Below are positions 24,968-36,727 of a stretch of 55,182 nucleotides of DNA, one piece after another; the first letter of the stretch is position 1; the number at the start of each line of letters is the position of its first letter. Under the pieces are notes generated by a model. That model was not told where the DNA came from and searched no databases. It was given only the letters and a program-made list of their open reading frames with translations. The stretch comes from Tricharina praecox. Taxonomy: Eukaryota. The translations under genes and the position numbers were made by a program. The stretch is taken from positions 744,001-799,182 of the forward strand of contig NW_026250420.1 of NCBI RefSeq assembly GCF_024521635.1. Direction: 5' to 3'.

Positions 24968-26767
24968 ATGGAAACATCACAGTTCACATCTGTTCCCACT
25001 GCCCCCAGCCACGACACAGCTTCAATCAAATCGACTCCATCAACACCTCCAGTGTCTCCCAAAGTGGTTGTCCAGAACATTACGACTCCGGCAAAATTGG
25101 CGAGCCTTGCGCCACAGACGAAGTTGTCTGGAGCTGCTGCCTTAGCGCGACGTCAAGCCACAAGTCCAGCGAAAAGGAACCCGATGAGTGAAGCACTCGC
25201 AAAGGACAAGGTCGAGCCGGAGACGAGCACTGGCGTGTCTCCGAACCCAGCAGCGGTGGTGTTCGCCAACCCGGTCAGTCGGGCCAGTGATGCACCTGCG
25301 CAACAGGAAACGTCGGCGCCATCTCAAAAGGTTCTCGGAAACATCGCTAGCGCTGCCAACGCTATGGATACTTCGGGTAGTGCCACGATCGCTCCCATTG
25401 CCGGCTCAAATGAGCCTACTGGCGAGCCAGCCACATCTACAGCCACCACCGCCGGGCCAAGTAGTAGCACCACAGATCCGTCGCTCCTTCAGCCTAGCAG
25501 GGACGGCAACGCACAGTTCCCGCTCTCGGTGCAGCCGTTGAGGGCCGGCAGTGCCTCCGAACAGCTTTCGGCGACCACACCTACCACCCCGGGATTCAGT
25601 GCCACGACTCCGACCACACCGTTCAGTCCATCGGCTACGACCCCCGGAGGCACGCGAGGCAAGCACACCTGTCATCACTGCAACCAGACGTTCACCAGGC
25701 ACCATAATCTCAAGTCGCACCTGCTTACGCACTCGCACGAGAAGCCCTTTCTCTGTCAGACTTGTCAGGCACGGTTTCGTCGTCTGCACGATCTCAAGCG
25801 ACACTCGAAGCTCCACACGGGCGAGAGACCTCACGTGTGTCCCAAATGCACCCGGAAATTCGCTCGCGGGGATGCTTTGGCGCGCCACGCGCGTGCGGAA
25901 GGTGGCTGTGCGGGCCGACGGAGCTCGATGGCCGGCGTGAGTGAGGATGGTTCGATGGGAATGGCCGGAGGTGACGAGGACGGTATGGAGGGTCTCGAAG
26001 TCCTGATCGACGGAGATGCCGATGGAGATGTGGATATGATCGGAGCCAGTGGCACGGATGGCGGCTCGAGACGGCGCAGCCTGCCTAGCATCCGCACTGA
26101 TTTCTCGTCGGGAACCAGCGGTGTTGCTGGAGGTAACCCGATCACGCCTGCATCCGGTACGTCTGGCCACACACCAAACCAGCACCACAACACCTATCCT
26201 CCTCTGGGCAATCGGGCCAATTCGAATTCGGGACCGTCACCAGCGGGGCTCTTCCCACCCCACATGACGGGCAAAACATTCACCATGAACAATGCATCGC
26301 CGATGACTGCTGGACCGGCGCCCACGCCTACTTCTGCTGTGGCAGCGGGCAACGGTTCGATCCTGTCGCCGCATGGTTGCATAACGGATTCGCCGCGGCC
26401 GGTCTCGCCTGGCTCTTCAGCGGCACATGATAATGGGTTCCCTGGGTTCCAGCAGCTCTCGGTGAAGTCGCCACAGAAGGGCCGACCGCACGAAACCCCT
26501 AGTGCTGCTCCGACCGCCAACATGGGAGGGGCTCGCTTCACTGGAAGCGCTGAAAGTGTTTGGGCGTACATAAAGGGCCTCGAAGAGAGGGTGCGATCCC
26601 TAGAGGGCACTGTTGAAGAACTTCGGGAAGAGCTCAAGCAGAAGGCCAATCCCTCCCAGGAGGCATCGTCGTCTTCCTCATCGACAGAGAAACAGGCGCA
26701 GCAGCAGAAGCAGGCGATGGCAAAACCACCACAAGCGATGCCGCAACAGGCTGCCGCTAGGAGTTGA
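24968..26767 (+). CDS. C2H2 zinc-finger transcription factor (3 fingers) with C-terminal coiled coil
   Basis: CHHCNQTFTRHHNLKSHLLTH-SHEKPF-CQTCQARFRRLHDLKRHSKLH-TGERPH-CPKCTRKFARGDALARH; heptad segment IKGLEERVRSLEGTVEELREEL. Confidence 0.92.
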   Translation: METSQFTSVPTAPSHDTASIKSTPSTPPVSPKVVVQNITTPAKLASLAPQTKLSGAAALARRQATSPAKRNPMSEALAKDKVEPETSTGVSPNPAAVVFANPVSRASDAPAQQETSAPSQKVLGNIASAANAMDTSGSATIAPIAGSNEPTGEPATSTATTAGPSSSTTDPSLLQPSRDGNAQFPLSVQPLRAGSASEQLSATTPTTPGFSATTPTTPFSPSATTPGGTRGKHTCHHCNQTFTRHHNLKSHLLTHSHEKPFLCQTCQARFRRLHDLKRHSKLHTGERPHVCPKCTRKFARGDALARHARAEGGCAGRRSSMAGVSEDGSMGMAGGDEDGMEGLEVLIDGDADGDVDMIGASGTDGGSRRRSLPSIRTDFSSGTSGVAGGNPITPASGTSGHTPNQHHNTYPPLGNRANSNSGPSPAGLFPPHMTGKTFTMNNASPMTAGPAPTPTSAVAAGNGSILSPHGCITDSPRPVSPGSSAAHDNGFPGFQQLSVKSPQKGRPHETPSAAPTANMGGARFTGSAESVWAYIKGLEERVRSLEGTVEELREELKQKANPSQEASSSSSSTEKQAQQQKQAMAKPPQAMPQQAAARS

Positions 26768-27689
26768 GGAAACAAACTGAAGAAGCTGATGGCTACTACG
26801 TGTAATAATCAATTTCTATTGTTGGAATCATATCCCGCCTCCTGGGTACCTTTTCCTACTTCGTCACGGACTTGACGTATTTTTCTTAGTTGTGTATGTT
26901 TTTCTACGGGGAATTGGGATCTGGTTCGGGGATATGGGATATGGTATTTCTTCTCGTCTTCGTCGTCTTCATTGTTTTTCTTCGTGTTGTGCGAGGTTTC
27001 TTGTAATTCGAGGCTATGCCTTTTTTTTTCTTTGCCTTTTTCGTGTCATCTCTTGTCGTTGATTTTGATTGCCGTCAAAAAAAATTCGAGTTTTGCTTGT
27101 GTCTGGATTTGGTCTTGTCATGGTCATGGTCTGTGTGGGTATACCTCTATTTCTACTGTGCGACTCGGTGCGTGTGGGGTTTGACGGGAACTTTGAACGA
27201 TCTGGGATGAGGGATTAGTGACGGGGTGGGTGGGGGCAGGCGAGCGGTGGGCCGGGTGGAGTGGCAGTGAGTGGGTGGAATGCAAGTGAACGAATGTAAC
27301 GCGTAGGTACTATTACGGGATCGTGATGTTCCGTTCTTCATGTGAATCCCCTCAGACATGTGAAGACCGCAGATAGTGAATACTTCGTAAGAAGGAAGTA
27401 AAATGCTCGTCGTTCTCGGGACAGCACGGAGCTGACGCCATGCCCAAGCCTCGGAGGGGGCTACGTCACATGTAGAGTAATAGCAACCATACGCTGCCAA
27501 CCAATCCACCTCCTCGCCTCGCTTGTCCGAGTCCAACCCAACCCACATGTTATCTGCAAGACTGCAACGCCAACATGACGTCTCCCGCCCTGCAGCGCTC
27601 TATAACAACCCATCCCGCACCTCCTGCCCATCTCACAATCAGAGTTAGTTAACCGCTCGACCTTAACTACTTTTACGCACCCGCAAGCA

Positions 27690-29577
27690 ATGTCGACCGC
27701 CTTCCCGCTCAAAGCGCCGGACATCGCGCCCACGCCGCCCGGCTACCATCCCGCGACACCGCCGAACGAGAAAACGGGCGTCTCGTACGCCTCTGTCGTT
27801 GAGAAGCCGGCGTTCAGAAGCACCCATAGCTGGAGCACACACTCGTCTGCGTCCGTTGAAAGCGATATCCGCGATGGCAAAAGGAGTGTCGAGGAGCCGA
27901 GGAGCTATGCCGAGGCTGTGCAGAAGAGTGTGAAAACGGAGGAGAAGAAAGAGGGTGGGGAGGGGGAGGGGAATGGGCAGGAGGATGGGAAGCGGAATAG
28001 GAAGGATAATGGTGGTGAGGGCGAGGGCGAGGGTGAGGTGAGGAGGAGGAGGAGGGAGAGGGATATGGATAGTGAGGAGCAGGAGCGCGGGGAGTGGGAG
28101 AGCTATGAGGTTGAGAAGGCGAGGCGGAGGATGGAGAGGAAGGCGAGGAGGGAGACGAGGGAGAGGGAGGAGAATCGGAGGGAGATGATGCGGACTGAGA
28201 AGGCCGGGGAAGACTCGGTTAGCGATGGTACTTCGAATGAGAGCAGGGAGCCAGAGAAGAGGAAGAAGCGGGAGCTTGTCACTGCGGTTAGGTCGTGAGT
28301 GCTCCTTGATGTCGCAGATGGGGTGGTGAGGTGGGTGGCTAACAGCGCGTAGGACAGGTTGGGCTCCAATCCGAATCCCGTTCCGCCGCCGACTTCAGAC
28401 CGCCGCGGTACTCTGGCACACATTCTCGATCCTCATCTGCTTCAGCACGTTCTGGTTCGTGCTTGCAATCCCGCTCAGCTGGCCAATCCTAGTGCCGTAC
28501 CTGATCTACATCTTCTTCCTCGCCAACAACCATGCCGACGGTTCCGCACCTTACAAGCGCTCCGAGTTCCTGCGGAACCTCCCCATTTGGCGCCTGTACA
28601 CGGAGTACTTCCCGATCCGTCTCCACCGCACTGTCGAGCTGGATCCGAAAAGGAATTACATTTTGGCCTATCAGCCACACGGCATCATCTCGCATGGCGC
28701 GTTCGGGAATTTCTGTACGGAGGCTACGGGGTTCAAGCAGTTGTTTCCTGGAATCAAGAACACTCTCCTCACCCTCGAACAGAGCTTCACTATCCCCTTC
28801 AACCGCGAGTACCTCCTCGCAATGGGCCTGGCGAGTGTCTCCAAGAAATCATGTGAAGCCCTGCTGCGAGGTGATGGTATTCCGAAGAAGAAAGCCGGAA
28901 GGAGGCTGTTCCACCCGACTACTTGGTTCTCGGGTGCCACGAATGAGGAAGATGCGAAGGTCCCCGAGGGTGGTAGGGCGATTACCATTGTAATCGGCGG
29001 CGCTAGGGAAAGCCTTGAGGCCCAGCCCGGGACTATGAAGCTTGTGTTGAAGAAGCGGAGGGGATTCCTTAAGCTCGCTATCCGTGAAGGCGCTGGCGTT
29101 GTTCCGGTGTTGAGCTTTGGAGAGAATGGTATGTCTTTGCAGGTTGCAAAAGCAGATTCGATGCTAAACTGGTTTCCTTAGATCTATACGAGCAAGTCGT
29201 CCCCCGCGCAGACGGCTGGATCCACCGTATGCAGATCGCTGTCAAGAAAACTTTGGGCTTCACGGTCCCGCTCATCCACGCGCGCGGAGTCTTCAACTAC
29301 GACGTGGGACTGCTCCCCTACCGACACGAAATCAACACTGTTGGTATGTCTCCCCCCAGCATCCTTCCACGTCCCGTCAACCGCTAACATGGTACATGAC
29401 ACAGTTGGTGCTCCAATCTTCCCTCGGCGAAAAACCTCGGAGCCCACAGATGAGGAAGTGGTTGAGTTCCAGCAGCGTTACATCGACGAGCTGCGGCGCA
29501 TGTGGGATGAGTGGAAGGATGTGTTCGCTGATGACCGACGCAGTGGCGCGGATGGAGAGTTGGAGATTATCGAGTAG
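27690..29577 (+). CDS. DGA1: Diacylglycerol O-acyltransferase (DGAT2 family), 4 exons
   Basis: Introns ~28295-28353, 29129-29181 and 29344-29404. Motifs: WAPIRIPFRRRLQT, transmembrane segment, YFP, YQPHGIISHGAF, GGARESL, RRGFLKLA, VPVLSFGENDLY, RGVFNYDVGLLPYR, VVGAPI. Confidence 0.92.
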
Positions 29578-29953
29578 ATTATGTATATTTTGTGTGGCTT
29601 TCTGTGGCTTTCTGGGGGGGGCTGATGTACCTCGCGTGGAGACCGGGACACATCTGTTTCGAGTTTTTTGATGTACTTCCATGACTTTGACTGACTGTAC
29701 GAACTGTACGAATGGACGATATGCGCGCAGTTTCAGAACGGTTTCAGGGTTCTGCCGCGTAATGCAACGAGAGCTCGGTGCAAGTGAAGTGAAGTAAAGG
29801 AGAGGACATAACTCGCTGTCCTCGTCCTCCTTTCATTTCATTTCTTTTCTTTTCACCTGTCTGTGAATTGAGTTTGTGATTTTTTTCTTCTTTTCTTCAG
29901 AAGCTGGACTTCTTTTTACTACTACTATAATCTGCGCGGGTTACTCGGTCACA

Positions 29954-31333
29954 ATGGAACACTCACACTCACCCCCACCACCCCCACCACCGCCAGCCTA
30001 CTACGAAGAAGCACTGGAACCGTTCCTACCTCGCGATACGACGGGCGCACAAGCGAAGGAGCGGACAACACTAAATCCGAGGACGAAAATCTTCGCCGCT
30101 CTCGGCGGGCTAACAGCTATACTCACACTGCTCTTCTTCTTCCTCCCACCAACCACACTGCTGGGCGCACACCACGTCCAGGACCGGAGCAATGCAACCC
30201 TGCACCCAATCCCCGTGGCGGGCGCGGTCGTGGGCGCAGACAACTGGACACTCCCGCTCCCTCCGCTACCACTGACGCCGTACGCAATGGCGCTCACCTG
30301 CATGGCAGTGCAGCACCGCGGTAGCGGTGCTGGACACACACACGCACACCGGGAGTACTACTCGGTCGACGAGTCATTCGTGGACCCAGCGGCAACGACG
30401 GGGGAGGAGGAGCGGGTGCTGACGTACTCACTCGCGACCACCACCTCGGTCGTGGGACTGGCCGAGTCGCTGCTCGAAGTGTTCACATCCTACGGCCTCG
30501 CCGCGAGCGAGGGCCGGCGATTCGTCCTCGACGATGCTGACTGGGCCTGGGGGCGCTGGCGAGATTACTTTATCAGCGGTTCGCTGGCCGCGGACGGTGC
30601 GGGCCGGGAAGGGGCACTGCCGTGCCCAAGGAGTGCGAGCAGCCTTGTCGTCGCCCACGCGACCCGGGGGTGGGCGTTTGGGCATGCCTTCACGGAGCAC
30701 TTTGAGCTCGCCCGGGAGCGGGGGAGTCGCCGGCAGCAGCGGGTGTTCGCCCTGGCGCGGAGCGGGTGCGAGGCGCTGCTGAGCGTGCGGCCGGCGCTGG
30801 CTAAGAGGGTGCGCAGGAGGGTGGCGGAGTTGAGGGGGCGGGCGGGGGACGGCGCGTGGGTGGTTATTCAGGCGAGAAGGGGGGACTATAAACCCCGCAC
30901 GTGGGAGTGGGTCAAGGGCGAGGGCGTGCAGTTGGATGTGCTCGCGGATGTGGCGGCCGAGATGAGTGAGGGCCACGGGAGGGTGCTGGTGATGAGTGAT
31001 GATCTGGCGGTGGTGAAGGCGCCGGAGCTGGCGGGGAGCTTGCCGGCTGTGGAGGGTGGGAAGGGGTTGATAGAGAGAGGGTACACGAGGAGTGAATTGT
31101 TGAAGCTGGGAACGATAGAGAGGAGACATGTGGCTGAGAGGTGGCTGGAGGATATATTGGTGGTGAAGGAGTTGGTGGGTGCTGGGGGAGCGGACGAGGG
31201 CGGCGTGGTCTGCGGAGGCGCCAGTGCCACCTGTAGGCTGCTCGCGGTCATCGTCGGGTGGGAGATGAGTGTTGTCAACGAGAGGTGGAGGGATGTGGAC
31301 GGAGGGATCGGGTGGAGCGGGGTTAATTGGTGA
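29954..31333 (+). CDS. Type II membrane protein with fucosyltransferase (GT23/O-FucT)-like motifs
   Basis: ATG 29954; single N-terminal TM (IFAALGGLTAILTLLFFFL). VVIQARRGD, VLVMSDD and VVCGGASATCRLL resemble the three conserved alpha-2/alpha-6/O-fucosyltransferase motifs. Confidence 0.7.
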   Translation: MEHSHSPPPPPPPPAYYEEALEPFLPRDTTGAQAKERTTLNPRTKIFAALGGLTAILTLLFFFLPPTTLLGAHHVQDRSNATLHPIPVAGAVVGADNWTLPLPPLPLTPYAMALTCMAVQHRGSGAGHTHAHREYYSVDESFVDPAATTGEEERVLTYSLATTTSVVGLAESLLEVFTSYGLAASEGRRFVLDDADWAWGRWRDYFISGSLAADGAGREGALPCPRSASSLVVAHATRGWAFGHAFTEHFELARERGSRRQQRVFALARSGCEALLSVRPALAKRVRRRVAELRGRAGDGAWVVIQARRGDYKPRTWEWVKGEGVQLDVLADVAAEMSEGHGRVLVMSDDLAVVKAPELAGSLPAVEGGKGLIERGYTRSELLKLGTIERRHVAERWLEDILVVKELVGAGGADEGGVVCGGASATCRLLAVIVGWEMSVVNERWRDVDGGIGWSGVNW

Positions 31334-32194
31334 TGGAATGATGCGAACATGACACGAACGGGGACGATAATACGATTGATAGTGATTGAACATGAACTTC
31401 GTCCACGTATTTGGTAGTGGTACGGACAATCCTGACACTAGGTAGTCGATGTGGCGGACTTATGTACTCTACGAGCGGGACGAAGGGCAAGAGATGGCGC
31501 TGCTGAAGGGTGTAACGGATCGGCATCCGTGCGAACCGTGATCGAGACGAAGCGGCAGTTTGTTTGGATACGGATCACTGGCAACTGAGCTGATATCGGT
31601 GGGATTCCCAAACAGCCTCATTCCTGCTGACATGCAGATCACGGACGGAAGATCAAAACAAACCATTATCGACATCTGGAACGGAGGCGGCAGGCTTTGA
31701 CTGGAGCTGTCGATGCGGAGTGCAGGCCGGATCGTCTGGTCTCGACGGTGGCCCATGCATATTGGAACGATGCTGGTGGCTGGAGTCCTGTCTTCCGGAT
31801 CGTATGCATATGGATCCATCAAACTTTTAGGCCATACGAGCTATGCCCGTGCATCGATCCTTACGGCAGTAGGCGGTGGAACCGATCGAACGCATGGCTG
31901 GCACCCTGTCGGCGAGCCATTCCTTCTTTCTCCCGTCCTATATAAACCCTCACTCCCAATCCTTCATTTCCCGCTTCCTTTCCTTTCCTTCCCACTCCAC
32001 GTTGTCTTTCTCTTTCTCTTTTGCTCTTTTCGCCTTTCGACTTCTTCTCTTTGGTCTCTTCCTGGTTTTGATCACTATTCTGCAATTGCACTCTCGTTTT
32101 CGCTGATTCAATCGTTTGTCTACTCAGCCATTCGCTGCTCTTTTGAACCGTACACTTCTCTCTCATCATGTTGTCTCGCTCTGTGATTCTCAAC

Positions 32195-33664
32195 ATGCCA
32201 TCCCTCATTCCTCTGTTGATCCTCGCCGGAACGATGGTTGTCCAGGCTGCCCCCGTGGAGTGAGTCCCAGATACTGTCCTTCATGATTCATCCTCTTGAT
32301 CCCCACTGATACTCCGTCTTCCTCACAGCCACGACATTGCCGCCATTCGCACCGTTTATACCACCGTGACCACCACTACTACCATGACTGTTGACCATGT
32401 CACCGTCACTGGACCTTGCACCCATGAGCCCACCGGCATCGTTTGTTCCCAGCATGACCACGAACATTGCATCCCTCCTGCCCCGGAGCCTACCCATGTT
32501 GTCTGTACCCAGGAGCACGAATGCCACCCCGGCGGGGACAAAGGAAAGAAAGGCAGCAAAAAGCTGGGATTGGTCACTCGGAACAACAATGGAGCTTGCG
32601 GAGACAACCATGCCGTGAAGGTCTGCCATGATGGATATGTGGCTACTTGCAACTGCCAGGCATGGGGCTGGGATTGTGCCTGCGGACCCCTCGAGGGGAT
32701 GTTGAAGTGCGTATAATTTCGGCCCAGGCTCAATGATCGTGTCCATTGCTGATGGGATGTAGGACCATTACTCACATGGTCACGGCTACCGCTTCTGTCA
32801 CCCATACGCACATGATGGACGGCGGACCATGTCATCCTCACACTCCCATGCCGACCCATCATATGCCGACCCATCCTATGCCAACTCATACTATGTCGAC
32901 GCATCCCGAGCCGACGCATCCTATGCCAACTCATACTATGTCGACGCATCCCGAGCCGACGCATCCTCCTTCCACTGGACGCTGCACGGCTGGATCTTCG
33001 CATGAGCTTCTGCACGTTTGTTCCCCCAGCGCCGGTGCTGTATCTCAGCTGACAACTCCACCAGTTCGACGACTTTTATGACAGCTACCCGCACGCCATC
33101 ATGAACCCTACCATGACTCCAGCTTCTCCTTTCGTCTTCCGAGACTTTACCTTCGATCCGGATTGGACGTTTGCCTTGTGCGAGAATCTGCAGGACCAAC
33201 GCAACCAGACTTGCAATCCTACGACCCCCGAAGGTGACTACTACATCTCTCTCTACTACCAACTGGCAAAACCCTTCGTCTCCAGGGTTTCCCGCCGTAT
33301 CACCTACGACTTGGAGCACAACTCGACGTCCTGGGAGCTGCTTTCCTACAACCTTTCGGCATTCCCGAAGGCTGGAGGCGAGATTACCGTTCTGATGTGC
33401 GCCTGGAGCATCCACGATCAAGACAAGGATATCGAGCCCACCTTCTGCCATGCCGAGTACTTTCACGAGAAATCCATCCTTCGGCCCGTTATGATCGACC
33501 ATCAAGGTCAGGAGTTGGCTTTTATCGAGTTCACGGGTTATCACGGACACTACGAGCCTGGTACCGGGAAGCCAGAGGGCGGAAGCTCTGCTAAGGGACT
33601 GAGCCCGGCCGAGTTCTTCCTCGACGACATGTCGGTCTGTGTGCCGTCTATGTACGTACATTGA
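32195..33664 (+). CDS. Secreted His/Cys/Pro/Thr-rich protein with C-terminal globular domain, 4 exons
   Basis: Exons 32195-32259, 32329-32706, 32763-33015 and 33065-33664. The GT-AG introns join three ORF-track fragments in frame. Signal peptide MPSLIPLLILAGTMVVQA; TATATAAA at ~31939. Confidence 0.78.
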
Positions 33665-34098
33665 GAGGCGTTTTTCTCCTTGGCCTTGGTTATCTGGCCT
33701 TTGTCGTTGTAGACACTTTCTGCTGTTTTTCTTTGTTTCCTTTCTGATTTGATGATTCCCGCAAGCATTGCTCGTACTGTTTTCTACCATCATGGCACTG
33801 TGGATGGCGTTTGGCACTGGTATGGCGTTGATTATAGATGAAGCCCGGCCGTTTGTCTTTTTTCTTTTTTCTTTTTTCTTTACCATTCTACCGAGACGGA
33901 AGTGTTTTGATATGATGTGTATTATTGTGGATAATTAATGGATGATGTTTGATATTACGCTTAACCTTCCATTCGGTCTGGTATGTTGTGAGTCTAGGAG
34001 TTTCCTGTTGGCCTCTCGAAGTTTCGGTTAACGTAGCGCGTAACCTGAGTATGTAATCAGCCTGCACATCCCACGGCCCTCCCCCGCACACACACACC

Positions 34099-35545
34099 AT
34101 GTCCGCACTCACCGCCACGGCAAGCCTGATCGAAGTGCTCTCTGCCTACCACGAGCTCAACAGCTCTGGTGTCGAAGAGCGATCCGGCGAGCCAACACCT
34201 TTGGAGTTCTCGCGAGGCGTGCGACAGAACTTTCCCGTTGTATTCCGTGGCGCAGTGTCGCACTGGAAGGCGGTGACAAATTGGAGAGCGGCGTACCTAC
34301 GTGACACCATGGGCTCGGAGAGTATTGCGGTCGCCGAGACGCCGTTGGGGTGAGGCTTCCAATCATAGACACCACGAACCGAGCTGATGTTGGAAGAAAT
34401 GCAGATTCTGCGGTAGTCCGGGAGGAGGACGGCAAGCGGTACTTTGTCAAGCCGCACGAGAGGCAGATGCCGTTCGGGTGCGTGTTCATCTTCTTGTGAG
34501 AGGGCAGTACAAGAGACAGAGGGTTGACATGCCACAATAACGCACAGGGAATTCCTGGACGACTTGCAGGCGAAAGTAACGTCCGAGTCCGAGTCCGCCA
34601 TGGTGAGGTACGCGCAGTCACGTATGTGTCACCTGTCACCGTTCGCGCCGGAGCTTGGAGGGCCCGCCGCCCGGGCGAGATGTGAAGTCTAAACTGACGG
34701 AAATCGATAGAGGATGATAACCTGCTCCGCGAGTTTGCGCCGCTCGCGGCAGACGTCGGCAGAGATATCCCGTGGGCGTCGGAAGCGCTGGGGCAGCAGC
34801 CCGACGCCGCAAACGTCTGGATCGGCAATGAGCGCAGCGTGTCCGCGCTGCATAAGGATAATTACGAGAACCTTTTCTGCCAGATCTCGGGATATAAACG
34901 GTATTTTTCTCTTACCCCCCGATTCCTGTGGCATTGATTGACCAGTATAAAGATTCGTCTTGATTTCTCCATACGAGGCCATATGCGTCCGGGAGACATC
35001 GTTGCAGGCGGCAACATACGTCCCCAACCCGCATACGCAGCGGCTGGCTATCGTCCCCGATGAGCCGGCTAGCGAGGTACTATTCTGGCCAACCGTGGAT
35101 CCAGACTCACCTCCCGGCACCGCATGGTGGAGGTACTGCCGCCCGATGGAGGTAGAACTAGCGCCTGGTGATGTCCGTCCTATTATTACCCCGCCATCCA
35201 TCCATCCATCCATCCATCCATCCATCCATTTAAGAATCTTGAGCTGATGCAGTAATGCCCACACCTAAGCAGGTTCTATACCTCCCCGCGATGTGGTACC
35301 ATAAAGTCTCGCAACGCGGCTCCGACGAGGGCCTGTGCTGCGCCGTTAATTACTGGTGAGTCTCGAAATTGCTTTCCCCCCACCAAGACATGCGGCTGAT
35401 GTAAGTTAGGTACGATATGGAGTTCGGGGGCGCTTTCTACCCCGGTGTGAGCTTTGCGAGGCAGATGACGCAGATGGCACAACAGGAGGAGGAGGAGGAG
35501 GAGGAGGAGGAGGAGGCTGAGATGTGGCGCACTCAAGCATGGTGA
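34099..35545 (+). CDS. JmjC / cupin-like 2-oxoglutarate dioxygenase, JMJD7-like, ~7 exons
   Basis: PVVFRGAVSHWKAVTNW, ETPLGNADS, YAQSQDDNL, NVWIGNERSVSALHKDNYENLFCQI, LAPGDVLYLPAMWYHKVSQ, AVNYWYDMEF. The HxD...H iron triad is intact. Confidence 0.88.
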
Positions 35546-35709
35546 GTGCGATGGCCCGATGGGCGTTGCGGTACATAGAACGTACATCTTGCCGGGGAAG
35601 TCATATGTCCTACCTACGTAGTTGAAGCGGAAGGCTAGGAAGACACAGTGAAAACGTACCAATTATCCGGGAGACGTGAAATATCACAATGCTACGAAGG
35701 ATCGTTTTA

Positions 35710-36153
35710 GGGCCCGTTTGGATGGGCTCAGTTTTCAATTCCAGTTTTAGAGCCAAATTCAGTTCCCCGCCGGGACACCGAATACTGTCCAGTTTCAGTT
35801 TCCGGAGAACTTTGAGGCGAACAGAGTGTTTGGCAGTTCTCAATATACTCAGCCACAAGTCTGAATAATGGGATTCACCAGAACTTTAATAATGGACACA
35901 ATATTGTGGCCCCGCTTTTTTCTCTTCCCCATAAAGGGAGTCCATAGTTGAAGTTAAAATGCGATACTGAGTGGCGGCAAAGAAATGACCTTTCGAGGTC
36001 AGTACCAGTTTCATCGCTGGAGCCGCACAGTTTCAGTCTTTTTCTCTCAGTTTTTGTGCCAGCCAAACAGAGTTACAGTTTTGTTTGCTTATGTATGTAG
36101 TTTCTCGAAAAACTGACAGTTTTCTCCAACACTGAAGCCATCCAAACGGACGC
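35710..36153. mobile_element. PIF/Harbinger (Tourist-like) MITE, 444 bp
   Basis: TIRs GGGCCCGTTTGGATGGGCTCAGT versus the reverse complement of the right end GCGTCCGTTTGGATGGCTTCAGT (19/23 identical). TTA on both flanks (35707-09, 36154-56). Many internal CAGTT motifs; non-coding. Confidence 0.75.
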
Positions 36154-36570
36154 TTAGCCCGACCAGCAGTTCGGTGGAAAGTGAAACCTGGAGTCGCCAA
36201 CAAACTTTTACTGTCCCTCGTCTTTGAGACGTGACGTCATAATACACCCAACCTCCACCCCCAAGCGTATGTAGCAATCCGCTCTCCGAATCCTTGAGAT
36301 TGTGGATTGGTATGGCCGTCGCCCACCGCGCTAACAGCCGCCGGTTCAAGCTAACAATCCAGCAGCAAAATATATAGTGGCACTGGCAGGCGCGGACGCC
36401 GTTCACGTTTTCGGCCCAATATCTGAACCGTCACCTGACGGCGAAATGCGCCTGTGGTACATAATGGTAAACATCTGGAGGGGCTGGGCTCGGAAACGAG
36501 CCAAGTCTTCCAGGTACGAGCCAACAGTGTGTTCCTGGCATCAATTGGCGGAACATGTCTCAGTACTATA

Positions 36571-36727
36571 CTCACACGGCCGGAAATTTTGGGGCCCCCC
36601 CTGCACAGTTTATTATCAGAGATTAGATCTGTGGTTGTGTGTGTCTCCCCCACAGGATTTGTTAACAGATCTAATCTCAGATAATAAACCGTGCAGGGGG
36701 GGCCCCCAAAATTTCCGGCCGTGTGAG
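36571..36727. mobile_element. Tc1/mariner-type MITE / foldback element, 157 bp
   Basis: About 62-bp near-perfect TIRs (CTCACACGGCCGGAAATTTTGGGGCCCCCCCTGCAC...AGATCTGT) around a short spacer, flanked by TA on both sides. Confidence 0.8.
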
